A stretch of DNA of 32,953 nucleotides from an uncultured Nocardiopsis sp. (lineage in GTDB: Bacteria > Actinomycetota > Actinomycetes > Streptosporangiales > Streptosporangiaceae), in the NCBI GenBank assembly GCA_937957845.1, contig CALGOD010000459.1:1-32953 (forward strand). Reading direction: 5' to 3'. This document shows positions 1-8,174 of this stretch, piece after piece; position 1 is the stretch's first letter, and each line of letters begins with the position of its first letter. The notes under the pieces are model-generated. The model saw only the letters and a list, made by a program, of their open reading frames with translations, made no database searches and was not told where the DNA came from. Made by a program: the position numbers and the translations under genes.

Positions 1-2
1 TG

Positions 3-722
3 CAGTCCCCGAAGGATCTGGCCAAGTCCCCGACGTTCCTGTTCTACGGACGTGGGAAGACCGGTAAGACCACGTTGGCGATGTCGGCCTCGGTGGTCGA
101 GGAGATGTCTCCCGTTGCCATCGTGGACTTCGAGGGCAGTGCGGAGGTGGGGGCTACCACCTACCCGAACGTGGACGTGTACCGTACGGAGACGTGGCAG
201 CAGTCGTCCGCCGTTCTCGACGCCATGATCAACCAGGACCACGGTTACAAGACGGTGATCCTGGACCCGATCAACGCCCTTCAGGTGCAGCTCACCGATG
301 AGATCATTCGCCGTCAGGCGACGACTCAGCCGGGAGCCAAGCCGAACAACAGCATGGGTGACCGCGCCATGCTGCTGGCTGATTGGGGGGTGGTGTGGAC
401 CAGGATGCGCAAGATCCTGGAGACTTTCCACGCTGCGCCGTTCACGACCATCATCACCGCACACGCGGACACGAGCCAGGACGGCCTGGGCAACGTGGTC
501 ATGGAGCCCCTGATGCAGGGCAACAAGACCAAGAACGAGGTCGTGCGCGTCCCCTCGGTCGTGGGCTACACTCGCATGACGCAGACCGAGGACGGCCAGT
601 CCGTGCCGGTCATCCGGTTCGCCGGAGCGTCGGGTGTGGTGGCGGGTGACCGCTTCCGTAAGCTCCCGAAGGAGATGACCAACCCGACGATGGCGGAGAT
701 CCACAAGGCCATCTACTCGTAG
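3..722 (+). CDS. AAA-family ATPase (Sak4-like / AAA_24 phage recombinase-type), 5' end outside window
   Basis: The frame is open from base 3 (QSPKDLAKSPTFLFYGRGKTGKTTLA), with Walker A GRGKTGKT at 48-71, upstream of the ORF-track start at 75. Walker B-like TVILD and the ITAH motif are present, and an SSB-like gene follows as in Sak4-SSB pairs. Confidence 0.8.
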   Translation, partial: QSPKDLAKSPTFLFYGRGKTGKTTLAMSASVVEEMSPVAIVDFEGSAEVGATTYPNVDVYRTETWQQSSAVLDAMINQDHGYKTVILDPINALQVQLTDEIIRRQATTQPGAKPNNSMGDRAMLLADWGVVWTRMRKILETFHAAPFTTIITAHADTSQDGLGNVVMEPLMQGNKTKNEVVRVPSVVGYTRMTQTEDGQSVPVIRFAGASGVVAGDRFRKLPKEMTNPTMAEIHKAIYS

Positions 723-777
723 CTACCAACCAGTAACAGAACTAACCAAACACACAGAACGAACAGAAAGAATCACA

Positions 778-1371
778 ATGAGCAACAACGACTTCATGAA
801 GACCACCGACGAGGAGAACCTGCTCGGCGGCGCGGCCGGGGGCGACGGGGACGACATCGTTCTCGACCTGTCCGGCGACGACCTCAAGACCACCAAGTTC
901 CCCCTCATCCCGATCGGGACCTGGGTCAAGTTCTCCATCTACGAGGCCGAGGTCAAGCCCTCCAAGAGCCAGAAGAACGAGGGCAAGCCGGTCTACCACA
1001 TCACCCTCAAGGTCCTCCCGCAGGAGGAGGCGAAGTGGGGCTCGGGCCGCCGGTTCACCATCTACGCGCCGCTCTGGAGCGGTGCCTTCTTCACCGCCTT
1101 CAAGGTCTTCAAGGCCCTGGGCTTCGACATCCCGAAGCCGCCGAAGGAGGGCGAGCGGATCAACTTCCGCGTCCCCGGCCCGAACAAGCTGTACGGCAAG
1201 ACGCTGGAGGCCAGGGTCACCAAGCACGAGCAGGGCAACACCACCGACGACGAGGGCAACCCGCGCCTCTTCGAGCGGTTCGAAGCCTTCCGCGCCGTGA
1301 CCGATGGCGGCCCGAACGACTCGGACGGCCTGGACGAGTTCGCGTCCGGTGACGGCGGCCTGTTCAGCTAG
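778..1371 (+). CDS. Single-stranded DNA-binding protein-like (DUF669-type)
   Basis: 197 aa with very strong GC3 bias, a beta-rich core and an acidic C-terminal tail (DSDGLDEFASGDGGLFS). It lies directly after the Sak4-like ATPase. Confidence 0.65.
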   Translation: MSNNDFMKTTDEENLLGGAAGGDGDDIVLDLSGDDLKTTKFPLIPIGTWVKFSIYEAEVKPSKSQKNEGKPVYHITLKVLPQEEAKWGSGRRFTIYAPLWSGAFFTAFKVFKALGFDIPKPPKEGERINFRVPGPNKLYGKTLEARVTKHEQGNTTDDEGNPRLFERFEAFRAVTDGGPNDSDGLDEFASGDGGLFS

Positions 1372-1389
1372 TCTCAAGAGCACACCCCC

Positions 1390-1434
1390 GGGGCTGCGCA
1401 CCGCCATCATGGTGGTGTGCGGCCCCGCTTCTTT
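1390..1434 (+). terminator. Intrinsic terminator/attenuator-like hairpin after the SSB gene
   Basis: 17-bp stem GGGGCTGCGCACCGCCA (1390-1406) / TGGTGGTGTGCGGCCCC (1410-1426) with three G-U pairs, so it is + strand specific. It is followed by GCTTCTTT. Confidence 0.7.
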
Positions 1435-1446
1435 GGGAGGACACGG

Positions 1447-3807
1447 ATGTCAGAACGGAAGTTGATCAAGGCCGGTGGCTTCTTCGGCCTGCTGTTCCAC
1501 GAACTGACCGGCTACCTGTGCATCGCGAGCTTCCCCGGCAACGGGAAGTTCGACCCGTCTCCGGACAACGGCCCAACGAGGAACGCCTTCTTCAAGTGGC
1601 CGCAGCAGCGGGATGACGTCGTCGCCTATGTCGTGGCCAACAAGCACAAGGACCTGTACTTCGTCCCGACCTTGTTCCACACGGCGGATAACCGCAAGGC
1701 GGAGAACGCGGCCATCGGCAGGGTGGTCTACGCGGACGCTGACACGGCACGGCCCGAGCTGTTCAAACTGGAGCCGACGCTGACGGTGGAGACCAGCCCC
1801 GGTCGGTTCCAGCTCTACTGGAGGATCGAGGGCGACGACGACTGCCGCGACCCCGAGAAACTGGCACGGGCTTCTCGGCGCATCGCGCACGGCCACGCGG
1901 CCGAGGGCTGCGACACCTCGGGCTGGGACATCGGCCAGTTGCTGCGCATCCCCGGCACCATGAACAACAAGCCGAACCTGGACGCGCCGTGGGAGGTGAC
2001 CTGCACCCTGCACACCAAGGTCTTCACGACCTTGGCCAACATCCACGAGATCTACCCGCCTGTCGAGCCCTCCCGTGCGGAGGTCGCCAGGCTGCCGATG
2101 CCCATCCAGCAGGAACTGCCCACGCTGGAGCGGGCCATGCGGTACCTGGGTTCCAGCACGCGACTGCACGACCTGTTCACCCGGAAGGTAGGGCGCAACG
2201 GGGGGACGAAGGGCGACCGCTCGTCCCGCATGTGGAACTTCCTGAGCGAACTCTCGCGCCAGGGTGTGCCGATCGAGGCGGCTCTCGTCCTCGGCTGGAA
2301 CGCCGGGTGCAACAAGTACAAGCAGGACGGCCGACCGCAGGAGGACTTCTGGAAGGAGGTCCAGAAGGCGTACTCGGACCCCGTGAACGCCCCGCCCAAG
2401 AGCGAGCTGGACTTCAACGAGCTGGAAACCCTGCGTGCGATGGAGCTGGACATGTCCGATGTCCTGCCCGCCGCCACACAGGGGGTCCAGCAAGCCTCTG
2501 TGCAGAAGCTACGGCGCAAGGACGGGCTGACCTTTCTCCGTCCCCACGAGCGTCCCTCCGTGCCGGACAACACGATCGTGGACCGCTACATCGCCTGGGC
2601 GCGCACACGGACGGACGCCGCCGAGGGGTACCAGCGTGCGGGCATCCTGACTGTGCTCTCGACGGTGTTCTCGGACTTCGCGTACCCGGCTACCCGCTTC
2701 AAGATGGGAGGGCTGAACCTCTGGTTCATGATCCTCGGCGGTACAACGCGGTCTCGGAAGTCCACGGCCAGGGGCTACATGCTCGACACCATCGAGGCGC
2801 TGGAGAGCGACTACTACCAGTACGACCTCGGTTCGGATGCCACGGCAGAAGGGCTCACGGTCGAGCTGGCCGACGATCCCGGCCGGTCGAAGTTGTACAA
2901 CCGTGACGAGGTCCATGGCATGTTCCGGGAGATCGGGGCCAAGGGCTACATGTCCGGGCTGAAGGAGACCTTCACCGAACTGTACGACGGGCGTGTGCGC
3001 GGTCGTCTGCGCGCGACGACGGGCAAGACGAAGGCGGCACGGACCGCCTTCAACATGTTCCTCTCCGGTATCACCGAGGACATTACGGAGGTGCTGGAGC
3101 TGCGCGACTTCGGCTCGGGCTTCCTGGCCCGGTTCCTCTTCGAGTACGCCGAGCCGCCTAAGCGCACACGCGAGTCGGTCTACATGCAGCAGATGGACGA
3201 GCCCGCGCGGTTCATCCAGCCCGGCTCGGGTGCGCCTTCGCTCACTGCTGTGGTGGACATCGAGCATGAGGAACTGGTGGCTGAGATCGCACAGGCCCGG
3301 ATGTTCTGGGAGAACATGACGAAGCCAGGCAACCAGGTGCCCATCGGCGTTGAGGCCAAGGCGTGGCAGCGGTTCAACGACTTCGTCTGGGACATCGGGT
3401 CCGAGGCGGAGCGTCACGACCTGGCATCGGTGGTCGAGCCGACCACCGACCGCCTGTCCAAGAGCACGCTGAAGGTGGCGTGCATCCTGGCCATGGTGGA
3501 GCAGCGTGACGAGGTCGAGATGCGCCACATCGTGAAGGCCATCTCCTTCGCGGAGCACTGGTACTCCAACCTGCTGCTTCTCGCGGGCAAGGTGCGCGAG
3601 AGCGAGTGGGCGAAGCGCCAGGAGGAGGTCGAAGAGGCGCTGGGGACCTTCGGTGAGGTAGTCTCGTACTCCAAGGCATACAACAAGGTGCGATCCCGCT
3701 TCCGCCCCCGGGAGTTCGGTGAGATCATCGAAGCGTTGGAGTATGGCAACCGCATCATGGTCGAGTACCAGGGCTCGACCAAGGTCATCAGGAAGATGGG
3801 GTGGTAG
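1447..3807 (+). CDS. DNA primase/helicase (RepB-type AEP primase N-terminus, DUF3987-like P-loop C-terminus)
   Basis: SD GGGAGG at 1435-1440 favours ATG 1447. Primase motifs VYADAD, VETSPGRFQLYW and LLRIPGTMNNK; variant Walker A GGTTRSRKST, Walker B YNRDE and an arginine-finger-like GFLARF. Confidence 0.85.
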   Translation: MSERKLIKAGGFFGLLFHELTGYLCIASFPGNGKFDPSPDNGPTRNAFFKWPQQRDDVVAYVVANKHKDLYFVPTLFHTADNRKAENAAIGRVVYADADTARPELFKLEPTLTVETSPGRFQLYWRIEGDDDCRDPEKLARASRRIAHGHAAEGCDTSGWDIGQLLRIPGTMNNKPNLDAPWEVTCTLHTKVFTTLANIHEIYPPVEPSRAEVARLPMPIQQELPTLERAMRYLGSSTRLHDLFTRKVGRNGGTKGDRSSRMWNFLSELSRQGVPIEAALVLGWNAGCNKYKQDGRPQEDFWKEVQKAYSDPVNAPPKSELDFNELETLRAMELDMSDVLPAATQGVQQASVQKLRRKDGLTFLRPHERPSVPDNTIVDRYIAWARTRTDAAEGYQRAGILTVLSTVFSDFAYPATRFKMGGLNLWFMILGGTTRSRKSTARGYMLDTIEALESDYYQYDLGSDATAEGLTVELADDPGRSKLYNRDEVHGMFREIGAKGYMSGLKETFTELYDGRVRGRLRATTGKTKAARTAFNMFLSGITEDITEVLELRDFGSGFLARFLFEYAEPPKRTRESVYMQQMDEPARFIQPGSGAPSLTAVVDIEHEELVAEIAQARMFWENMTKPGNQVPIGVEAKAWQRFNDFVWDIGSEAERHDLASVVEPTTDRLSKSTLKVACILAMVEQRDEVEMRHIVKAISFAEHWYSNLLLLAGKVRESEWAKRQEEVEEALGTFGEVVSYSKAYNKVRSRFRPREFGEIIEALEYGNRIMVEYQGSTKVIRKMGW

Positions 3808-3809
3808 GC

Positions 3810-4688
3810 ATGGCTCTCGTGTCGATCCGCAAGGTGCGCAACGGCGGCGGTTCCACGGTCGCCCGCTTCGAGATCGACCCGGAGGTGCGGGAGGCGTACC
3901 TGGGCTACGCCTCCTACGCCTACAAGCGGGCGCACGTCTTCGACAAGGACGAGCGCCGTGAAGCGATGGAGCGGCTGGCCACGTTCGGCATCTTCTCGGC
4001 GGCGCACATCGCCAAGATCGTGCGTGTGCACCGTTCCATGCTGACCCGGCTCGGCATCAAAGTGAACACCGGACAGACGAAGATGGGCGGGGCCTTCGAC
4101 CCCGCCCTCCTCGACTACCTGGTCCAAGCCCTCCGCGAAAAGAACGAGAACGAGGCGTACGGCATCCAGCATATCAGGCTCGCCTACGAGGGTGGGATGA
4201 GCACTGTGGTCATTGCTCGGCTGCTCGGCGTCTCGACCAGTTACGTGTCGAACATGCTGAAGAAGGCGAGGATGACGCAGGATGATCGTGATCTGGTCGT
4301 CGGAACCACTGACACCGCCAGCGAAGGACGTGTTGAGGCACGCAGTGAGGCAGGTGTGGACGAAGGAGCCGAAGCCGCCAGTCTCACTGGTGTGTGGGCC
4401 GTTGACCCCGGAAGCTGGCCGGAAGGCCACCTGCCTTATCCGGATGGGGTCGATGGATACCCTGTCCTCTGGGGCGATACCGCCATCAGTGCCAGTGATC
4501 CCAACGCTTTCATCCGCGCAGATCACGACGAGGGCGGATACTCTCACATGCTTGCGGGCCTCGCTTGGCCTTGCACGTTCGACTCTGTTGGGCACGAGGG
4601 CTGCGTTGCCCTCGGGCAAGCATCTGGTCTCATCGACCAGGACGGAAACGTTGTCATGGTTGTCCGCGCTGCTCGAAACAACGGATGA
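3810..4688 (+). CDS. Double helix-turn-helix DNA-binding protein with an acidic C-terminal extension overlapping the polymerase gene
   Basis: ATG 3810 lies two bases after the primase stop. Two HTH-like segments (FSAAHIAKIVRVHRSMLTRL; MSTVVIARLLGVSTSYVSNMLKK). No stop until 4686-4688. Confidence 0.7.
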   Translation: MALVSIRKVRNGGGSTVARFEIDPEVREAYLGYASYAYKRAHVFDKDERREAMERLATFGIFSAAHIAKIVRVHRSMLTRLGIKVNTGQTKMGGAFDPALLDYLVQALREKNENEAYGIQHIRLAYEGGMSTVVIARLLGVSTSYVSNMLKKARMTQDDRDLVVGTTDTASEGRVEARSEAGVDEGAEAASLTGVWAVDPGSWPEGHLPYPDGVDGYPVLWGDTAISASDPNAFIRADHDEGGYSHMLAGLAWPCTFDSVGHEGCVALGQASGLIDQDGNVVMVVRAARNNG

Positions 4689-6507
4689 CCTGCGGCTCTA
4701 CGTAGACATCGAGACGCAGGGCGACATCAAGAAGCTACACCACAGCCAGCGAGAGCTGCTGTGCGTCGGTCTGCACAACCCGCTCCAGGGAACGCTGGTC
4801 ATCCCGCGCGACCAGCTCGGTCAGCCCTGGCCCGAGCTGATCACCGCACTGCGGAACTTCCAGCTCGTCGCACACAACGGCAAGTTCGACCTGCCGACGC
4901 TGGGCTTCGGGCTGGGCGGTAACGAGCGTTCTCTGGAGCTGGCCTTCGATACGCAGCTCGCACACTACGCCCTGCAACCGGCCGCCGGTGAGCACGCCCT
5001 TGAAGCGCTGGCTGTGCGCTACCTCGGTGCTGAGCCGTGGGACGTGGGAGGGGACAAGACCAACCTCGCCTCTCGTGACCCCCTGCAACTGCACCGCTAT
5101 AACGCCCTGGACGTGCAGTACGGCTGGGAGCTGCTGGAACTGTTCGAGCCGCTGGTTGCTGCCGACAGCGATGTCCGCAACGTGTTCGAGAACGTGCTGA
5201 TGCGGGCCTCCCGGATGCTCCAGAAGCGGGAGCCTTACGGCATCGGCTTCGATCCGGAGTACACCAGGGAGGAGCTGGCCGAGGTCCTGGAGATCGACGC
5301 CATCAGGCTCCGCAAGACTCTGGTGGAGATGGCACACCGCGTACTGCCGCGCACACGCGAGGTCATGCGTCAGCGTTCCAAGACGGTGAAGGACCCGGAG
5401 ACCGGCGAGAAGACCAGGACCACCTGGAAGGAGGCCAAGGAGGTCGAGTACGAGTTCAACCCGGGCTCGTGGCAGCAGATCAAGGCTCTGTACGCACAGG
5501 CTGGCATTGAGCTGGCTTCGACGGACGAGAAGACGATGCTGCCCAGGGCTGAGCGGGGTGACGAGTTCGCGGCCACCCTGCTCAAGTGGCGCGGGATCAC
5601 CAAGCAGCTCAACACCTACGTGGTGAGCCTGCTGGAGAAGCAGAACCCTGTGCTCGGTGGACCTCGACCGCGCCTGTTCACCACGTTCAAGCTGCACGGA
5701 ACGGTGACCGGCCGCCTGTCCAGCGAGAACCCGAACATCCAGAACATCCCTCGGGAGAAGCGCCTGCGCAGGATGTTCGTGCCGTACACGCACGAGCGTC
5801 TGCACGTGCAGGTGGACATGAGCCAGGCTGAGCTGCGCGTCATCGCGGCTGAGGCCGGTGACCCCTACCTGCTGGAACTGTTCCACAACCCTGACGTGGA
5901 CATCTTCACGCAGATGCTCCCCGGCGTGTTCCCGCACGTGGACTTCACCACGGTCAACGACGCCACGAAGAAGGAGTTGCGGGCCAAGCTCAAGGGTGTG
6001 ATCTACGGGCTCAACTTCGGCCGGGGTGCTCGGGCCATCGCGGGTGCGATCGGGGCCTCCCTCGAAGAGGCGCAGCGCATCATCGACATGTTCTTCACCA
6101 ACGCGGCCCGCGTCGGGCCGTGGCGTGAGGGCATCATCCGCTCTGTCCACGACGGCACACCGCTGGTGTCCCGCTTCGGGCGGCACTTCCAGCACGAAGT
6201 CATCACACGCAAGAACGCGGGCAACGTCGAGCGGTCGGCGCTGAGCTTCAAGCCGCAGTCGAACAGCTCGGACATCAACCTCATCGCCGCCTGCGAGGCG
6301 GTGGACGAGATCGAGTCCAAGGGCTGGGACTGGCACATGGTGGCACTGGTTCACGACGCCATCACCTTGGACGTACCGGCCAAGGAGGTAGAAGGCGGAG
6401 CGGAACTGCTCGAACGGAAGCTGACCGAGACGGCAGCACGCTACTTTCCCGAGCTGCCATTCGCGACCGACGCGAACTGGGGTAAGACATGGGCGGAGAC
6501 ATCATGA
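4282..6507 (+). CDS. polA: DNA polymerase I (family A) with 3'-5' exonuclease domain
   Basis: ExoI YVDIET, ExoII HNGKFD, ExoIII YNALD; TGRLSSENPNIQNIP; motif A DMSQAELRV; motif B RAKLKGVIYGLNFG; motif C VHDA. The start codon is less certain than the call. Confidence 0.95.
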   Translation: MIVIWSSEPLTPPAKDVLRHAVRQVWTKEPKPPVSLVCGPLTPEAGRKATCLIRMGSMDTLSSGAIPPSVPVIPTLSSAQITTRADTLTCLRASLGLARSTLLGTRAALPSGKHLVSSTRTETLSWLSALLETTDDLRLYVDIETQGDIKKLHHSQRELLCVGLHNPLQGTLVIPRDQLGQPWPELITALRNFQLVAHNGKFDLPTLGFGLGGNERSLELAFDTQLAHYALQPAAGEHALEALAVRYLGAEPWDVGGDKTNLASRDPLQLHRYNALDVQYGWELLELFEPLVAADSDVRNVFENVLMRASRMLQKREPYGIGFDPEYTREELAEVLEIDAIRLRKTLVEMAHRVLPRTREVMRQRSKTVKDPETGEKTRTTWKEAKEVEYEFNPGSWQQIKALYAQAGIELASTDEKTMLPRAERGDEFAATLLKWRGITKQLNTYVVSLLEKQNPVLGGPRPRLFTTFKLHGTVTGRLSSENPNIQNIPREKRLRRMFVPYTHERLHVQVDMSQAELRVIAAEAGDPYLLELFHNPDVDIFTQMLPGVFPHVDFTTVNDATKKELRAKLKGVIYGLNFGRGARAIAGAIGASLEEAQRIIDMFFTNAARVGPWREGIIRSVHDGTPLVSRFGRHFQHEVITRKNAGNVERSALSFKPQSNSSDINLIAACEAVDEIESKGWDWHMVALVHDAITLDVPAKEVEGGAELLERKLTETAARYFPELPFATDANWGKTWAETS

Positions 6508-6635
6508 CCGACGAGAACGACCAGCCGACACTGCCCGAGCGCACACAGGTGTGCACCTGTCGGGGTGGTGACCTGCTGAACAACCCGCAGAAGCACTGCC
6601 CGACCTGCTCGGGCGAGGAGACCAGGAGGTTCTGA
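6504..6635 (+). CDS. Small Cys-rich (putative Zn-binding) protein, 43 aa, not in ORF track
   Basis: MTDENDQPTLPERTQVCTCRGGDLLNNPQKHCPTCSGEETRRF*. ATGA overlap with the polymerase stop and TGATG overlap with the next gene; CxC...CxxC. Confidence 0.7.
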   Translation: MTDENDQPTLPERTQVCTCRGGDLLNNPQKHCPTCSGEETRRF

Positions 6636-6850
6636 TGCCGGTTCAACGCATGTACGTGCTCTGGTGCGACAAGGACTGCGGTGCCTACCACCAGCCGGAG
6701 AACAACGCCTTCGCTAGGGAGGTGGGCACTGCGCGCAAGCTGGCCCGAGCTGACGGGTGGAAGGTGCCCAGCAACACGAAGATGAGCAACCAGGAGATCG
6801 TGTGCCCCGCCTGCCGTCAGGCGCAGGTACACGCGCTGACCGGTCTGTAA
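6635..6850 (+). CDS. Small zinc-ribbon-like protein
   Basis: 71 aa with CDKDC...CPAC. SD AGGAGG upstream and TGATG coupling. Confidence 0.75.
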   Translation: MPVQRMYVLWCDKDCGAYHQPENNAFAREVGTARKLARADGWKVPSNTKMSNQEIVCPACRQAQVHALTGL

Positions 6851-6856
6851 CACGAA

Positions 6857-6884
6857 GAAGCCCCCTGCACACGCAGGGGGCTTC
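6857..6884. terminator. Bidirectional terminator between the converging genome arms
   Basis: Perfect 12-bp inverted repeat GAAGCCCCCTGC-ACAC-GCAGGGGGCTTC between stops at 6850 (+) and 6895 (-). Confidence 0.85.
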
Positions 6885-6894
6885 CGTTGTTCGG

Positions 6895-7152
6895 TTACTT
6901 GCCGACCCGGCGCTGGAGCCAGGCCAGCACCGGAGTCAGGATGGCGATGGCACCGCCAACTGCCGCCAGCTCCCAGTTGAGCTGGAACCCAGGGACCGCC
7001 AGATCGGCCCCCAGCGCGCCCAGGAAGGCCAGAACCGAGGATACGATGGCCTGACCAAGGGTCCGCCATCCTCGGTTCGCAGCGTCCTTCTGAGCCACGG
7101 TCTCACCGTACGTGTTGTCCCCGTCTCGGGGCTCGGGAACCGGGTTCGTCAT
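6895..7152 (-). CDS. Holin (r1t-like, two hydrophobic segments)
   Basis: 85 aa with an RGWRTLGQA motif, two hydrophobic stretches and a basic C-terminus. It abuts the endolysin stop. Confidence 0.8.
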   Translation of the reverse strand: MTNPVPEPRDGDNTYGETVAQKDAANRGWRTLGQAIVSSVLAFLGALGADLAVPGFQLNWELAAVGGAIAILTPVLAWLQRRVGK

Positions 7153-8022
7153 CTATTTCACCTTGATCGTCGCGTCGAACTGCGTGGGCAGGCCGCCCTC
7201 GCCGCCGCCGGACGGGATGTCCAGGTTCTTGACGGCGCGCTCGGCCTCCCGGCGAGCACACGCCCGGATGAGCTGGGCGTAGGACTCACCGGTCATGCGG
7301 TTGATCGAGGAGACGCCCGACCCCACGTAGTGCCGGGCCGCGAGCAGGCCAGCAGAGGTACCTGCTCCCCACTGTCCGTCGACCCCGTAGGGCTCCAGGT
7401 GCTCACCGAACCCGGCGGCCACGATCAGACGCTGGACTGCCTTCACCCCCTCGGAGGGGTTGGGGATGCCGTCGCCTTCCTTGAGTCCGAGCAAGTCGGC
7501 TCCTTCCGTGATGGCCCCAGGGGGCTGTGCGAACGTTCCATTGGTCACCAGCGCATATGCCTTGTCGCCGGGGCAGGACGTCGAGATGAAGTCCCTGTGC
7601 CCGAGCACACGCGGGTGGTTGTCGTGGTCCTCGATCAGCCACTTGCGCAGCCGACGCACCGAGTTGATCTGTGCGTCCGGGATCTCCTCCGCCGGTCCGG
7701 TGGCCAGCGTCACGCTGTAGTGCGTGGCGTTGCCGCCCGGCTGCGCAGCCTGCTGCCGGTTCAAGCCCCGGCCTTCGAGGATGTAGTCGTGAGGACAACT
7801 GAAGAAGCTGTAGCCGATGTCGACCCAGCCCCGCTGCGGTCCTCGGTGGAAGGCGCGCGTGTTGTGCCAGTACTGCACACACGCACTGTGCGGCTTGTTG
7901 GCCAGGCCGAGGTTGCCGCTGTCGTAGTGAATCACCAGCCCCTGGCTGATGTTGGCATAAGAGGCTGCCGTGTTCCCCCAGCCGAGGTCACTCCGGCTGA
8001 CGAAGTTCTCCGGAAGAGCCAT
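7153..8022 (-). CDS. Endolysin: N-acetylmuramoyl-L-alanine amidase (Amidase_2/PGRP-like) plus peptidoglycan-binding domain
   Basis: VIHY, GWVDIGYSF, LEGRG and GHRDFISTSCPG amidase motifs. C-terminal VKAVQRLI...GVDGQWGAGT PG_binding_1-like motif. Confidence 0.93.
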   Translation of the reverse strand: MALPENFVSRSDLGWGNTAASYANISQGLVIHYDSGNLGLANKPHSACVQYWHNTRAFHRGPQRGWVDIGYSFFSCPHDYILEGRGLNRQQAAQPGGNATHYSVTLATGPAEEIPDAQINSVRRLRKWLIEDHDNHPRVLGHRDFISTSCPGDKAYALVTNGTFAQPPGAITEGADLLGLKEGDGIPNPSEGVKAVQRLIVAAGFGEHLEPYGVDGQWGAGTSAGLLAARHYVGSGVSSINRMTGESYAQLIRACARREAERAVKNLDIPSGGGEGGLPTQFDATIKVK

Positions 8023-8031
8023 GTCATCCCC

Positions 8032-8172
8032 TTACTGGCAGGCGTCGCACACGGTGTCAACGCGCTGATAGTCCGGCTGCCTCCGCACGGCCTGCTTGGA
8101 AGCCTCGGGCAGCCAGTCCTCTTCTTCGGTGGCCGTGCTCTCCACGACCTCCGGTTCCTGCTCGCTCTCCAT
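8032..8172 (-). CDS. Small acidic protein ending in CxxC (CDACQ), 46 aa, not in ORF track
   Basis: MESEQEPEVVESTATEEEDWLPEASKQAVRRQPDYQRVDTVCDACQ*. It fills the gap between flanking genes almost exactly (2-nt and 9-nt spacers) and has GC3-biased codons. Confidence 0.7.
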   Translation of the reverse strand: MESEQEPEVVESTATEEEDWLPEASKQAVRRQPDYQRVDTVCDACQ

Positions 8173-8174
8173 AC

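Noticed and set aside
75-77. TTG start for the AAA ATPase
   Set aside because: It would omit the Walker A motif at 48-71; the frame is open to the window edge.
1440-1446. GACACGG recurring near several start codons (also near 8563-8569 and 21331-21346 on the - strand)
   Set aside because: A 7-mer at variable spacing in GC-rich DNA; too few copies to call a start-associated motif without a count.
4735-6354. 539-aa - strand ORF opposite the polymerase
   Set aside because: Mirror-frame artefact; the + strand carries all the PolA motifs.
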